Assembly: GCA_016763185.1 (NCBI GenBank)
Contig: JAESUG010000047.1
Span: 1-59,162 of the forward strand
DNA length: 59,162 bases
From: Robiginitomaculum sp.
Lineage (GTDB): Bacteria > Pseudomonadota > Alphaproteobacteria > Caulobacterales > Maricaulaceae
Direction of reading: 5' to 3'
The notes under the pieces were generated by a model, which was given only the letters and a program-made list of their open reading frames with translations, was not told where the DNA came from and searched no databases. Shown one piece after another: positions 29,367-39,275 of the stretch (position 1 is its first letter; every line of letters begins with the position of its first letter). The position numbers were made by a program, and so were the translations under genes.

Positions 29367-30751
29367 ACACCAAAGCGTCACTCGCACGACGACTGACCGT
29401 TGGCGCAGGATTGTGGAGCGTAGCTTTATTACTTGCGGTGGCGTTGATTTTGACAACGCTATACCGCGAAGCTGTGCACCGCGTTGATGATGACCGCTTT
29501 GGTGCGATTGTTGACTCGCTAGCCGTATACGCCGAGACTCAAGATGATGGCGAGGTTTTCTTATCCAGAACGCCGGGTGATCCAAGGTTCGAGCGGGCAT
29601 TTTCAGGACATTATTGGCAAATATCGAAAGTGACTGCGGCCGGCACAGTGATCGTTGCCAGATCGCAATCCTTATTTGACGCAGAGTTGGCAGTTACTTC
29701 CGAAATATTGGACATGGCCAACCAAACTCGTGGAACTGGGTTCAAGCAAGACATTATCGGTCCATTTAGCGAACCTATGCGCTCTTTGACCAAGGCATTT
29801 CAATTGCCAGATCAAGAAACCGTATTGATCATTAGCGCTGCTGCCGACCGACGGCCTGCCGATCAAGAGATATCTAGATTTCGGCTCGCAGTGGCTGGCA
29901 TTTTGAGCATGTTTAGCATTGGGTTGTTAATCGGCATTTTTTTACAAGTACGGTATGGTTTGGGCCCTCTTTATAAAATGGTGGTGGAAATCGCGGATGT
30001 CCGTGCCGGAGAGAAAGAAGATTTGCAAGGGGTTTATCCAAAGGAGTTGGTACCATTGGCAAGTGAACTAAATACCTTATTAGGTCACAACAAAGAAATT
30101 GTTGCTCGCGCCAGAACTCATGTTGGCAATTTAGCCCACGCATTAAAGACACCTATTTCAGTTTTACTCAACGAATCCGCCAACGATAAATCACCGCTCT
30201 CAGAATTGGTTCACCGACAGGCTTTAAGCATGGCGCAGCAGGTGGATCACCATTTGCGACGAGCCAGTGCAGCAACCCGTGCACAGGCGTTAGGGGCAAG
30301 AACGTCGGTGAATCAAAGCGTCAAAAATCTTTGTAGAACCATGTCTCGCTTGTTTATCGATCCTCCGATTAACGTAAGTTATCACGTCATTGGTGAGCTA
30401 CAGTTTCGTGGGGAAAAGCAAGACCTTGATGAGTTGTTGGGCAATCTCTTGGAGAACGCTTGCAAGTGGGCAAATACGCAAGTCAAGCTATCGGCCAAAA
30501 TGACCGGTGAGCAGCAATTACAGATTTTTGTCGAAGATGACGGGCCAGGTCTAACCGCAGATCAACGCAAAGCGGCAATCAAGCGCGGTAGGCGGCTCGA
30601 TGAGGCTGCGCCAGGGTCGGGTCTCGGTTTATCAATCGTCAACGATCTGGTGCGGGCTTATGGTGGCGTTCTTACCTTAGACGCCAGCCCCTTGGGTGGT
30701 TTGCGGGCGATACTTGACTTACCGGCCATAAAGCAAAAACCCAACTTATAA
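29363..30751 (+). CDS. membrane sensor histidine kinase (HAMP-HisKA-HATPase_c)
   Basis: Two TM segments. H-box GNLAHALKTPIS, N-box LLENACKWA, DDGPGL, GSGLGLSIV. 4-nt overlap with the regulator gene. Confidence 0.9.
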   Translation: MNTKASLARRLTVGAGLWSVALLLAVALILTTLYREAVHRVDDDRFGAIVDSLAVYAETQDDGEVFLSRTPGDPRFERAFSGHYWQISKVTAAGTVIVARSQSLFDAELAVTSEILDMANQTRGTGFKQDIIGPFSEPMRSLTKAFQLPDQETVLIISAAADRRPADQEISRFRLAVAGILSMFSIGLLIGIFLQVRYGLGPLYKMVVEIADVRAGEKEDLQGVYPKELVPLASELNTLLGHNKEIVARARTHVGNLAHALKTPISVLLNESANDKSPLSELVHRQALSMAQQVDHHLRRASAATRAQALGARTSVNQSVKNLCRTMSRLFIDPPINVSYHVIGELQFRGEKQDLDELLGNLLENACKWANTQVKLSAKMTGEQQLQIFVEDDGPGLTADQRKAAIKRGRRLDEAAPGSGLGLSIVNDLVRAYGGVLTLDASPLGGLRAILDLPAIKQKPNL

Positions 30752-30810
30752 AGGGAGCGTTAAGCAATCCAGTTGAATACTTCTGTTGTGTTTCGATAAA
30801 GTTTGGCCAC

Positions 30811-32142
30811 ATGACGATACAACTAGAAAAACAGGTGAAATTGAAAACCGTGTTTTCGGCGATGCCGGCAACAGCCGTCGCACGGTTGACATCAGTTTTT
30901 CAAGCAGGGGCAACGAGTGGGGATACGTCGTTACCATTTGATATACTGCTCGGTTTGTTGCCGCTTGGGGCAAATGAACCAGAACCAGATATTGACAAGA
31001 TTTTTTTTCCAATATCCGAGTTAATCACTGAAGATGCGCAAAGGCTTGACCAACTTCCATACCAGTTATTGAGAGATATTTGGTCATTTTATGCGACTGA
31101 AATCGACCCGATACTATCGAAATCCTGGCAAAAGAGTCCTGTGGCGCTTAACAATAATCGCAAAAAACTAGCCAGTGGCTTGCAAAAAGCTTGGGAAGAA
31201 GAGGGCGGTAAAGCAGCTCTTACATCCAAGTTTGGAGAAGAGAACGCGCGGAGGATCCCTTTCATATTCTCAATTATGTTGTTTGCGGAGGAAATTAGCG
31301 AGTTAATTGGGACATGGCCTGATCAAATTAAGGACCTTGATGATAGTTATCTTCTGCCGGTACGCGATTTGAATGACTTGTTGGCGGAAACATACCCTGA
31401 CATCACGCCATTTTTACTTTTCTTACTTAAAAAAAGGCTGCGCAGCCCGCAACATATTTTGCGGGCCATTGAGCGCCTATCGCGTCAAACCTCTGACACT
31501 GTGATTGTAAATACCGACATGTATATTGTTGTCGAGGCATTACTAGATGAAGCTCAACACCTGCTTGAGGAGATCAAAGCGCCAATAGAGACAGAGCATA
31601 GAGTGGATGAGGTGGTTGAACTCATGACTAGGCTTGCCAACATTCTCGGCGGATCGCTTGAGGAATTTGAAATAAGCCCGGCGAGTATCTGGGGGAAGCG
31701 GTTATTCAAACTCACCAATGAAGCGGGTAAGTTTTGGACACACCGACTTAAAACGAGCTGGCAGACGATTGAAACGGCCACACCGCGCTTTCGGACCAAA
31801 ACATTTTTGGGTGGAAGTTTGACCAATCTTGATTTAAGGCAACCATTAATACAATCTCAAACCGACACCGCGATTTTGGATACGTATTTGCTGGCTCAAA
31901 TGTTTCCATTCTCGTCAAAAATCGGTTTTTCTGCCACGAAAGATGAAGTTGCAAATCTTATTGAAGATCGTCTGCGTACAAACGAAGATAATTTCATTTC
32001 TTTGTTGGCCGATTCTGGTGAAGTTGATCTCGATATTCTACACAATCACTTTTCCACATTGGTTGGGATCAAGCGCAAGTATCACGGCGAAGATGCTGCA
32101 AATATATTAAATCGCCGTGGCATCGCCGCCGCCGCCGCTTAA
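30811..32142 (+). CDS. hypothetical protein, 443 aa, no recognisable domain
   Basis: Long ORF with coding-like composition, mostly helical or acidic, ending in AAAAA. Visibly AT-richer than its neighbours. Confidence 0.55.
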   Translation: MTIQLEKQVKLKTVFSAMPATAVARLTSVFQAGATSGDTSLPFDILLGLLPLGANEPEPDIDKIFFPISELITEDAQRLDQLPYQLLRDIWSFYATEIDPILSKSWQKSPVALNNNRKKLASGLQKAWEEEGGKAALTSKFGEENARRIPFIFSIMLFAEEISELIGTWPDQIKDLDDSYLLPVRDLNDLLAETYPDITPFLLFLLKKRLRSPQHILRAIERLSRQTSDTVIVNTDMYIVVEALLDEAQHLLEEIKAPIETEHRVDEVVELMTRLANILGGSLEEFEISPASIWGKRLFKLTNEAGKFWTHRLKTSWQTIETATPRFRTKTFLGGSLTNLDLRQPLIQSQTDTAILDTYLLAQMFPFSSKIGFSATKDEVANLIEDRLRTNEDNFISLLADSGEVDLDILHNHFSTLVGIKRKYHGEDAANILNRRGIAAAAA

Positions 32143-32175
32143 AATTTTATTTGATCGTAGCAATAGGAATATTTG

Positions 32176-32622
32176 ATGAGCAATGCGCCACGTACCACCG
32201 TTGTTTTCGAAACGGGAAATGGAAAATTTCAAAACAAGGTAGAAATCGGAGCGCATACTTTTTTTGCATCGGAGCCAGCCGAATTGGGCGGCGATGATAG
32301 CGGGCCTACGCCGATAGAGATTATGAATGCAGCTTTGGGCGCTTGCACTTCAATTACTTTGCGGATGTATGCGGATCGCAAAGGTTGGCCACTTCGGTCG
32401 ATTTATGTTGAAATTTCGCATCAGCGTGGAAAAGCAGAAGAATGTGCTATCGAAGGGCGTGAGGTACCTTCGCATCCTCAAGAAATTTTTACCAAAAAAA
32501 TAAAATTAGAAGGACCACTTGACCCCAAGCAAATAGAACGATTGCTTATGATTGCGGACAAGTGCCCTGTTCACCGAATTCTCACGCAGCAAGCTTGTTT
32601 GCGGACGCAGTTGATATCTTAG
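32176..32622 (+). CDS. OsmC/Ohr-family (OsmC-like) protein
   Basis: GPTPIEIMNAALGACTSITLRMYA and ADKCPVHRIL carry the two conserved Cys blocks. AGGAA precedes ATG 32176. Confidence 0.75.
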   Translation: MSNAPRTTVVFETGNGKFQNKVEIGAHTFFASEPAELGGDDSGPTPIEIMNAALGACTSITLRMYADRKGWPLRSIYVEISHQRGKAEECAIEGREVPSHPQEIFTKKIKLEGPLDPKQIERLLMIADKCPVHRILTQQACLRTQLIS

Positions 32623-32740
32623 TTTTTGAAAATTCTAACGGATCTGTAATGAAATGGAAAGAATTGGGACACCATGCCTGAACGAAGATGCCGATATTAA
32701 GTTTATGGCTGGGTTTTACATGAATATGGAGTTTTAGAAC

Positions 32741-34213
32741 GTGGCGATACAGAACCAAACAAAAAAATGGGTATTTGCAACCTTAACCTCGCTGATCCTT
32801 GTTAGTGCAGGACCGATATTTTCTGCACAGGGGGCGCAACTAAGCGCGCCATTGGCAGGAGCGTTGCAGCCGGGTGCGCCGGTAACATTTGCAGATATTA
32901 TAGAGCAAGTTAGCCCGGCTGTTGTGTCGATTAATGTAATCACCAAAGAAAATGACCGGGTTCGTGGTCGCGGTGATTTAGACAATGTTCCAGAATTTTT
33001 TCGGGAATGGCTTGAGCGTCAAGCGCCGGGACAAAACCGGCCAACGCCGCGCGAAGGGCGATCATTGGGCTCTGGGTTCTTGATCTCAGAAAACGGACAT
33101 GTGGTGACGAACCATCATGTGATCGATAAGGCATCAGAAATTACTGTTCGATTTCAAGATGGCAGAGAGTTCACAGCGGAGTTAATAGGTTCGGATGAAC
33201 GAACAGATTTAGCCGTATTAAAAATTGAAGACAACAAAAAATTTGTTCATGTTGAATTTGCTAATGATGTGAAGTTAAGAGTTGGCGATTGGGTCGTTGC
33301 TGTTGGCAACCCGTTTGGATTGGGTGGTACTGCGACTGCAGGTATTGTCTCTGCTACGGGTCGTGAAATTGGCGGTAGCGCCTATGATTTTATTCAAGTT
33401 GATGCCTCGATTAATCGTGGTAACTCTGGTGGACCAACATTTGATCTTTATGGGAATGTTGTCGGCGTGAACTCCCAGATATTATCGCCTTCTGGTGGAA
33501 ATATTGGTATTGGGTTTGCGATCCCGGCACGGGTAGCTTCCAAAATCACTCGCGAGTTGATCGCGAAAGGTTCGGTCACCCGTGGTTGGCTTGGTGTTAC
33601 GCTGCAACCTGTTGATCAAGATTTAGCCGATAGCCAAGGTCTGATCGAAGCCAAGGGCGCAATCGTTTCTGAGGTGGTTGCAGACAGTCCGGCTGATAAA
33701 AGTGGTTTTGAAGATGGCGATATTATTTTACAGCTTGATGGTGTCGAGATTGAAGATGCAAGAGACCTAACACGTCGGGTTGGAGAATTGTTCGTTGGTC
33801 ACAATGCTAAGTTTGTTGTTTCACGTAGTGGGCGTAAAAAAACACTTCGGGTGAAAATCGGCGAACGGGCAAATAGCACGCCGCAGGTTCCTGAACCGGT
33901 GGTGGTTATAGATCAGGTCAATGAGTTTGGACTTGTTCTTGGTACCATGAACAGTGCAGACCGCGATATTTTGAACATCGATGATGATCGGGGTATTGTG
34001 ATAAAACGAGTGGAATCAGGTAGTCAAGCTTCTCGCAAAGGCCTGCGGTCGGGTAACGCCATTTTGTCTGTCAGCGACGCAGATATACGTTCGTTAAGCG
34101 ATTTTGACAAAGCAGTTGAGTTAGCAAAAGCCAAAGGTCTAAAAGCTATACGTTTGCTAGTGCGCACTCCAGGCGGGCAAATTTATATTGCGTTGCGTAT
34201 TGATAAAAAATAA
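32741..34213 (+). CDS. periplasmic serine endoprotease, Do/DegP/HtrA family, two PDZ domains
   Basis: Signal peptide. Catalytic triad blocks HVVTNHHV, TDLAVLKI and GNSGGPTF. Two PDZ-like regions. Confidence 0.92.
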   Translation: MAIQNQTKKWVFATLTSLILVSAGPIFSAQGAQLSAPLAGALQPGAPVTFADIIEQVSPAVVSINVITKENDRVRGRGDLDNVPEFFREWLERQAPGQNRPTPREGRSLGSGFLISENGHVVTNHHVIDKASEITVRFQDGREFTAELIGSDERTDLAVLKIEDNKKFVHVEFANDVKLRVGDWVVAVGNPFGLGGTATAGIVSATGREIGGSAYDFIQVDASINRGNSGGPTFDLYGNVVGVNSQILSPSGGNIGIGFAIPARVASKITRELIAKGSVTRGWLGVTLQPVDQDLADSQGLIEAKGAIVSEVVADSPADKSGFEDGDIILQLDGVEIEDARDLTRRVGELFVGHNAKFVVSRSGRKKTLRVKIGERANSTPQVPEPVVVIDQVNEFGLVLGTMNSADRDILNIDDDRGIVIKRVESGSQASRKGLRSGNAILSVSDADIRSLSDFDKAVELAKAKGLKAIRLLVRTPGGQIYIALRIDKK

Positions 34214-34237
34214 CCAATTTCTTGGAAAGGGTAATCC

Positions 34238-34909
34238 ATGCGATTGCTAATCATTGAAGATGACTTGGAGGCGGCAAGTTATATGCAAAAAGGTTTAACG
34301 GAGGCCGGGCACCTTGCTGACCACGCTCCCGACGGAGAAACCGGATTGGAGATGGCGCGCACTGCGGATTATGATGTGTTGATTGTTGATCGCATGCTGC
34401 CACGCCGTGATGGTCTATCCGTCATTGCAACTCTACGTGAAGACGGAGCAACAACCCCGGTATTGATTTTGTCGGCTCTTGGTGATGTTGATCACCGGGT
34501 CGAGGGCTTAAAAGCTGGCGGCGATGACTATTTGACCAAGCCATATGCTTTTGCTGAACTTCAAGCTCGGATAGAGGCTCTGGCCCGGCGACGAGACCCC
34601 GAAGCGGTTCAAACCAAGTTACAGGTTGGTGATTTGGAAATGGACCTTCTGGCACGGACTGTGCGCCGTGCTGGGGTAAATATTTTATTGCAACCACGAG
34701 AGTTTCGACTGCTTGAGTTTCTGATGAAGCACGCGGACCAAGTGGTTACTCGAACCATGCTGTTGGAAAAGGTGTGGGACTATCATTTTGACCCACAAAC
34801 CAATGTGATTGATGTTCATGTTTCTCGGTTGCGAGCAAAAATTGACAAAGAATTTTCGTCACCATTGCTTCACACCGTCCGTGGCGCGGGGTATCGCTTG
34901 CAGGCATGA
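34238..34909 (+). CDS. OmpR/PhoB-family response regulator
   Basis: MRLLIIEDD, VLIVDRMLP, DDYLTKPY, TVRGAGYRL. Confidence 0.9.
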   Translation: MRLLIIEDDLEAASYMQKGLTEAGHLADHAPDGETGLEMARTADYDVLIVDRMLPRRDGLSVIATLREDGATTPVLILSALGDVDHRVEGLKAGGDDYLTKPYAFAELQARIEALARRRDPEAVQTKLQVGDLEMDLLARTVRRAGVNILLQPREFRLLEFLMKHADQVVTRTMLLEKVWDYHFDPQTNVIDVHVSRLRAKIDKEFSSPLLHTVRGAGYRLQA

Positions 34910-36312
34910 GATCAATGCCCGCCTTTTTGCGAACCACTACGTTCCGGATTACGTTGTTCGTTGCGTTATTATTTGCGTTGTCAACCATTGCCTTGTTGGT
35001 TTTTGTGTACCAGTCAACAGCCGGTGCGCTATCCAGACAAGCGGATATACTTTTAACCCAAGAAATAGCTAGCCTTACTTCACTATACCGAACCAATGGA
35101 ATTAACGGTGTAAACCGTGGCGTTGTTGAACGTAGTGCTGCGAATAGTACCTATCTGTATCTGTTTACCGGGGCTACGGGCGAGCGTATTTCTGGAAATT
35201 TGAATGGACTGCCAACAAATGCTACCGATCAAACCGGGTTTTTTGGGTTCACGTATCGATTGGACGAAGCAACCGGTGATGCCGGGAAAGAGCACCGAGC
35301 CCGAGCGAAATTAGTACGCCTACCTAATAATTATTTATTGTTGGTCGCCGCTGATATTGAGGAGCAAGCTCAAATCACCGGACAAATTACCCAAGCTATG
35401 TGGATTGGTGTGGTCTTTGTTCTTGTGCTGGGGTTAGTATCGGGGGCATTGATTAGCGGACGTTTTGCCAACCGAATTGAAGCCTTAAACTCGGTAGCGC
35501 GTGATGTTATGGCTGGCGATTTACAGCGCCGTGCGCCTCGCAATCAGACCCATGACGAATTGGACGAATTGTCGGCAAATCTCAACCAGATGCTTAGTCG
35601 AATTGAAAGTTTGATGGCCGCATCAAGGTATGCTGGCGATTCTATCGCTCATGACCTTCGTTCCCCATTGACCAGAATGAAGGCGCGCTTGGAAGAAGCT
35701 ATTCGTAAGGATCGCTCCCAAACCAGTTATGTACTTTTAGATACGTTACATGATGCCGATGAGTTATTGTCGATATTCAACTCAATTCAACGTATTTCTC
35801 GGTTGGAATCCGGTGATCAACGAAATGTTTTAGAACTGATCGATGTGGCACCGATCGTAGAAGATTTGGCCGATCTATATGGTCCAGTTTGTGAGGACGA
35901 AAATCGACATTTTAGCTCTGAAATACAAACAGATTTATGGGTAAAAGCTGATCGCGGATTGATAGCACAAGCCATTTCCAATTTGATCGATAATGCAGTG
36001 AAATATACGGACCCCGGCGGTGCCATCGTCCTACGTTTACGTAAACAGCGCAATGGCTCAGTTGAAATATCGGTAACGGATACAGGCCTTGGTGTCCCAG
36101 CAGAAAAGCGTGATGAAGTTTTAAAACGATTTGTGCGCTTAGAAGGAAGTCGCTCTAGGCCTGGCAGTGGATTAGGGCTCTCACTGGTTAAAGCAATTAC
36201 TGAGATTCACTCAGCCCAGCTTATTTTGGAAGACGGTCCGGGTTCAGAAACCGATAATGGCATAGGTTTACGCGTGGCTGTGGTGTTTCCGCAAGTTAGA
36301 AAAACTAAGTAA
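34906..36312 (+). CDS. membrane sensor histidine kinase (HAMP-HisKA-HATPase_c)
   Basis: H-box DSIAHDLRSPLT, NLIDNAVKYT, DTGLGV, GSGLGLSLV. 4-nt overlap with the regulator gene. Confidence 0.9.
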   Translation: MRSMPAFLRTTTFRITLFVALLFALSTIALLVFVYQSTAGALSRQADILLTQEIASLTSLYRTNGINGVNRGVVERSAANSTYLYLFTGATGERISGNLNGLPTNATDQTGFFGFTYRLDEATGDAGKEHRARAKLVRLPNNYLLLVAADIEEQAQITGQITQAMWIGVVFVLVLGLVSGALISGRFANRIEALNSVARDVMAGDLQRRAPRNQTHDELDELSANLNQMLSRIESLMAASRYAGDSIAHDLRSPLTRMKARLEEAIRKDRSQTSYVLLDTLHDADELLSIFNSIQRISRLESGDQRNVLELIDVAPIVEDLADLYGPVCEDENRHFSSEIQTDLWVKADRGLIAQAISNLIDNAVKYTDPGGAIVLRLRKQRNGSVEISVTDTGLGVPAEKRDEVLKRFVRLEGSRSRPGSGLGLSLVKAITEIHSAQLILEDGPGSETDNGIGLRVAVVFPQVRKTK

Positions 36313-36361
36313 CTTTCAAAAAAACACTTTGCACAGCGTGCGGGTTGAGACAAATTGATCT

Positions 36362-39208
36362 GTGGCTAATTTAGAATTCATACCCTGCATTTCTCGTTTC
36401 CCATCCTTGGCTGATGGTTGCGACGATGAACTGTTTTTAACAGCCGATGCCAAGTTAGACCGGTTGCTTGCAGGGGTTTCAGGTAACTCGCCATATCTGG
36501 CTGGGTTGATAGCCAAATATCCAACCCAAATCGAAGCCTTGGTGTGCTTCGGTCCCAAAATAGCGGTTGAGCAAATATTTGACCCCCAATCCATTCCTTT
36601 GAGCATCGCTAAGGTCGAACTTGGCGTTCTTCTACGTCAAGCCAAAGAGCGAGTCCATTTGACGTTGGCGCTTATTGAGCTAGCTGGCGTTTGGGATATT
36701 TCAAAAACTACTGATGCGTTTTCGAAGTTTGCTGAAAGTGCGGTGGAGGTTTGTGTGCGCTTTGCACGGGAAAAGCGAAATCAGCGGTTTGAGAACCCAA
36801 TTCAGCAACTTACTGGGTTTTTTGTCGTTGCATTTGGTAAGTTAGGTGGTCGCGAACTCAATTATTCCAGTGATATTGATTTGGCATTTTTCTATGATAG
36901 GCCACACACCGGTGGAGGAAGTGGAGTAGGTAACGAGCGCGAATACGTCCAGATCGGAAGAGAAATAATTTCACTTTTGTCTGAGGTAACTGAAAACGGG
37001 TATGTTTTTAGGACAGATGTAAGACTTCGTCCCGACCCTGCTTCCACACCGATTGCGCTCTGCACTGATGCCGCTATTTCCTATTATGAAAGTGTTGGGC
37101 AAACTTGGGAAAGAGCGGCGTGGATCAAGGCGAGGGTGATCGCAGGTGATCAGAAAGCGGGTGCCAAGTTCATGCGCCAAATGCGTCCGTTTATTTGGCG
37201 TAAGAATTTGGATTTTGCAGCAATAGAAGACATTTATTTGATCCGGCAGCAAATCTTTTCAAATAGCAATCGCCCGGCGGCCCCCAATCCTGGATACAAT
37301 GTTAAGTTGGATGTTGGTGGTATCAGAGAAATTGAGCTTTTTGTGCAAACCCACCAACTCATTCACGGTGGGCGAAACCCTGAATTGCGAATACATGGTA
37401 GTTTAGAGGCCTTGGTCCAGCTAGCTAACGCCGGTCATATCTCCAAAACCACATGCGACAAATTATCTGAATGCTATATATTTTTGCGACAAATAGAGCA
37501 TGCATTACAAATGGTTGACGACCGTCAAACCCATGAAATTCCAACGGCGCAGGATGGCCAACAGCGTTTCCAAAGATTATTAGGCGTTCACGATAGCACG
37601 AAGTTTTCACAGGATTTGGTGAGTTGTACAGAAGGTGTTTCTGATCTAACCCATTCTTTATTCTATAACGACCTTGGCCGAACCTCCGCCGGTGGTGTGG
37701 ATATTTCAGGGTTTGAGAACCACCCTGATACGGTGCGTGTGCTACAAGACGCGGGGTTTGTAGACATAGATGGCACGTTAACTCAGTTTCGAGGTTGGAT
37801 GGCTGGAGGGATACGCGCAACTCGCTCTGAACGTAGTCAACGATTATTAGGTGCGTTGGCAGTTGACCTTATCGCGGCGTTTAAGGCCAGTGCTGCACCC
37901 GACCTTGCCTTTGCCGGGTTTGTTCGGTTCTTTGAAGCCTTGCCTTCTGGCGTACAAGTATTGTCATTATTTTCAAACAGTCCGGGGCTATTAACCAGGG
38001 TAATTGATATTTTGATCTTGGCGCCACATTTGGCCGATATTATGGCCAATCGCCCGCATGTGATTGAGGCTTTGTTGGTGAATACCCGGTGGTGGGACAC
38101 AGAAGATAGTTCGCAATTCATGGACTTGAGCCAAGCCATCGCCCAAGCTGATGATCTGGAATTGGCCATGGATGTAGCAAGGCGCGGTACTCAAGAAGCA
38201 TTTTTTCAAATCGGAACCAATGTGTTAACTGGGCACGCTGCACCTGATAAAGTTGCTTTGGCTTATAGCAAGCTAGTGGAAACGGTGGTGGAAGGGTTAG
38301 CCAAACGTGTGCACCGAGAGCTGGAATTGCGATTTGGAAAGGCTCCGGCCAGTTGGGTTATTCTTGGAATGGGTAAATTGGGCACCCAAGAGATGTTACC
38401 GAACTCAGACCTTGATCTGATGGTTGTCTACGCCCCAATTTCTGATGCATCAGCGAGCATGGACCAAAGTCCACCGGATGTTTGGGCAACTAGATTTACA
38501 AGGCGTTTGATATCATCTTTGTCCGCGCCAACATCCGAAGGTGAGTTATTTGAAGTTGATATGAAGCTGCGACCCTCTGGTCGTGCCGGCCCAATTGCGG
38601 TTGGGTTGGATGCTTTTGCAAACTATTACAAAAAAGATGCTTGGACGTGGGAATTACAAGCACTGACCCGCTCTAGGATAATCGCGACATCTGCAAAGCC
38701 GTTCGCACAACAACTCGATGCTGCTGTTCAACTGATTTTGACACAGCCACTTGATGCAGATCAATTGCGTGTTGATATTTCTGACATGCGACAAAGATTA
38801 AACGCCGAAAAGCCCACAAAAGAACCATGGGATGTAAAGCTTGGTGCTGGCGGATTAACCGAGCTTGAATTTATTTTGCAAGCCGCGCAATTGATTAAAC
38901 CTACCGATTTTCGTTCCCGATCTTTGTTCTCACATACAAAGAAAATCAATTCCCAAATCATCAGCGCATCGCAATTGGAGGCATTAACGAAGGCACATGC
39001 ACTTTTTCATCAAATATTACAAATTACAGGTGTCGCCGTCGGCCGGGTTGGTTCGCGGTTGGAGCTACCGGAACCCTTATGTGATGTGTTGCTAACAGCG
39101 ACGGGTTTCCAAAATATCGACGAACTAAAACATGAGGTTATACAAAGCAGGAAAAGCATTAGCTTGATATTAGATCACGTATTGCGACGAACCAGCGACG
39201 AAAAATGA
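36362..39208 (+). CDS. glnE: bifunctional glutamine synthetase adenylyltransferase / adenylyl-removing enzyme
   Basis: 948 aa with two nucleotidyltransferase modules: FGKLGGRELNYSSDIDLAFFY and GMGKLGTQEMLPNSDLDLMVVY. GTG start. Confidence 0.9.
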   Translation: MANLEFIPCISRFPSLADGCDDELFLTADAKLDRLLAGVSGNSPYLAGLIAKYPTQIEALVCFGPKIAVEQIFDPQSIPLSIAKVELGVLLRQAKERVHLTLALIELAGVWDISKTTDAFSKFAESAVEVCVRFAREKRNQRFENPIQQLTGFFVVAFGKLGGRELNYSSDIDLAFFYDRPHTGGGSGVGNEREYVQIGREIISLLSEVTENGYVFRTDVRLRPDPASTPIALCTDAAISYYESVGQTWERAAWIKARVIAGDQKAGAKFMRQMRPFIWRKNLDFAAIEDIYLIRQQIFSNSNRPAAPNPGYNVKLDVGGIREIELFVQTHQLIHGGRNPELRIHGSLEALVQLANAGHISKTTCDKLSECYIFLRQIEHALQMVDDRQTHEIPTAQDGQQRFQRLLGVHDSTKFSQDLVSCTEGVSDLTHSLFYNDLGRTSAGGVDISGFENHPDTVRVLQDAGFVDIDGTLTQFRGWMAGGIRATRSERSQRLLGALAVDLIAAFKASAAPDLAFAGFVRFFEALPSGVQVLSLFSNSPGLLTRVIDILILAPHLADIMANRPHVIEALLVNTRWWDTEDSSQFMDLSQAIAQADDLELAMDVARRGTQEAFFQIGTNVLTGHAAPDKVALAYSKLVETVVEGLAKRVHRELELRFGKAPASWVILGMGKLGTQEMLPNSDLDLMVVYAPISDASASMDQSPPDVWATRFTRRLISSLSAPTSEGELFEVDMKLRPSGRAGPIAVGLDAFANYYKKDAWTWELQALTRSRIIATSAKPFAQQLDAAVQLILTQPLDADQLRVDISDMRQRLNAEKPTKEPWDVKLGAGGLTELEFILQAAQLIKPTDFRSRSLFSHTKKINSQIISASQLEALTKAHALFHQILQITGVAVGRVGSRLELPEPLCDVLLTATGFQNIDELKHEVIQSRKSISLILDHVLRRTSDEK

Positions 39209-39275
39209 ACCGACCTCCGTTTCAACAAGTGACGAAACAAATAAATAGAGGTTTTCAAGTCCAAGGTTTTCTTTG

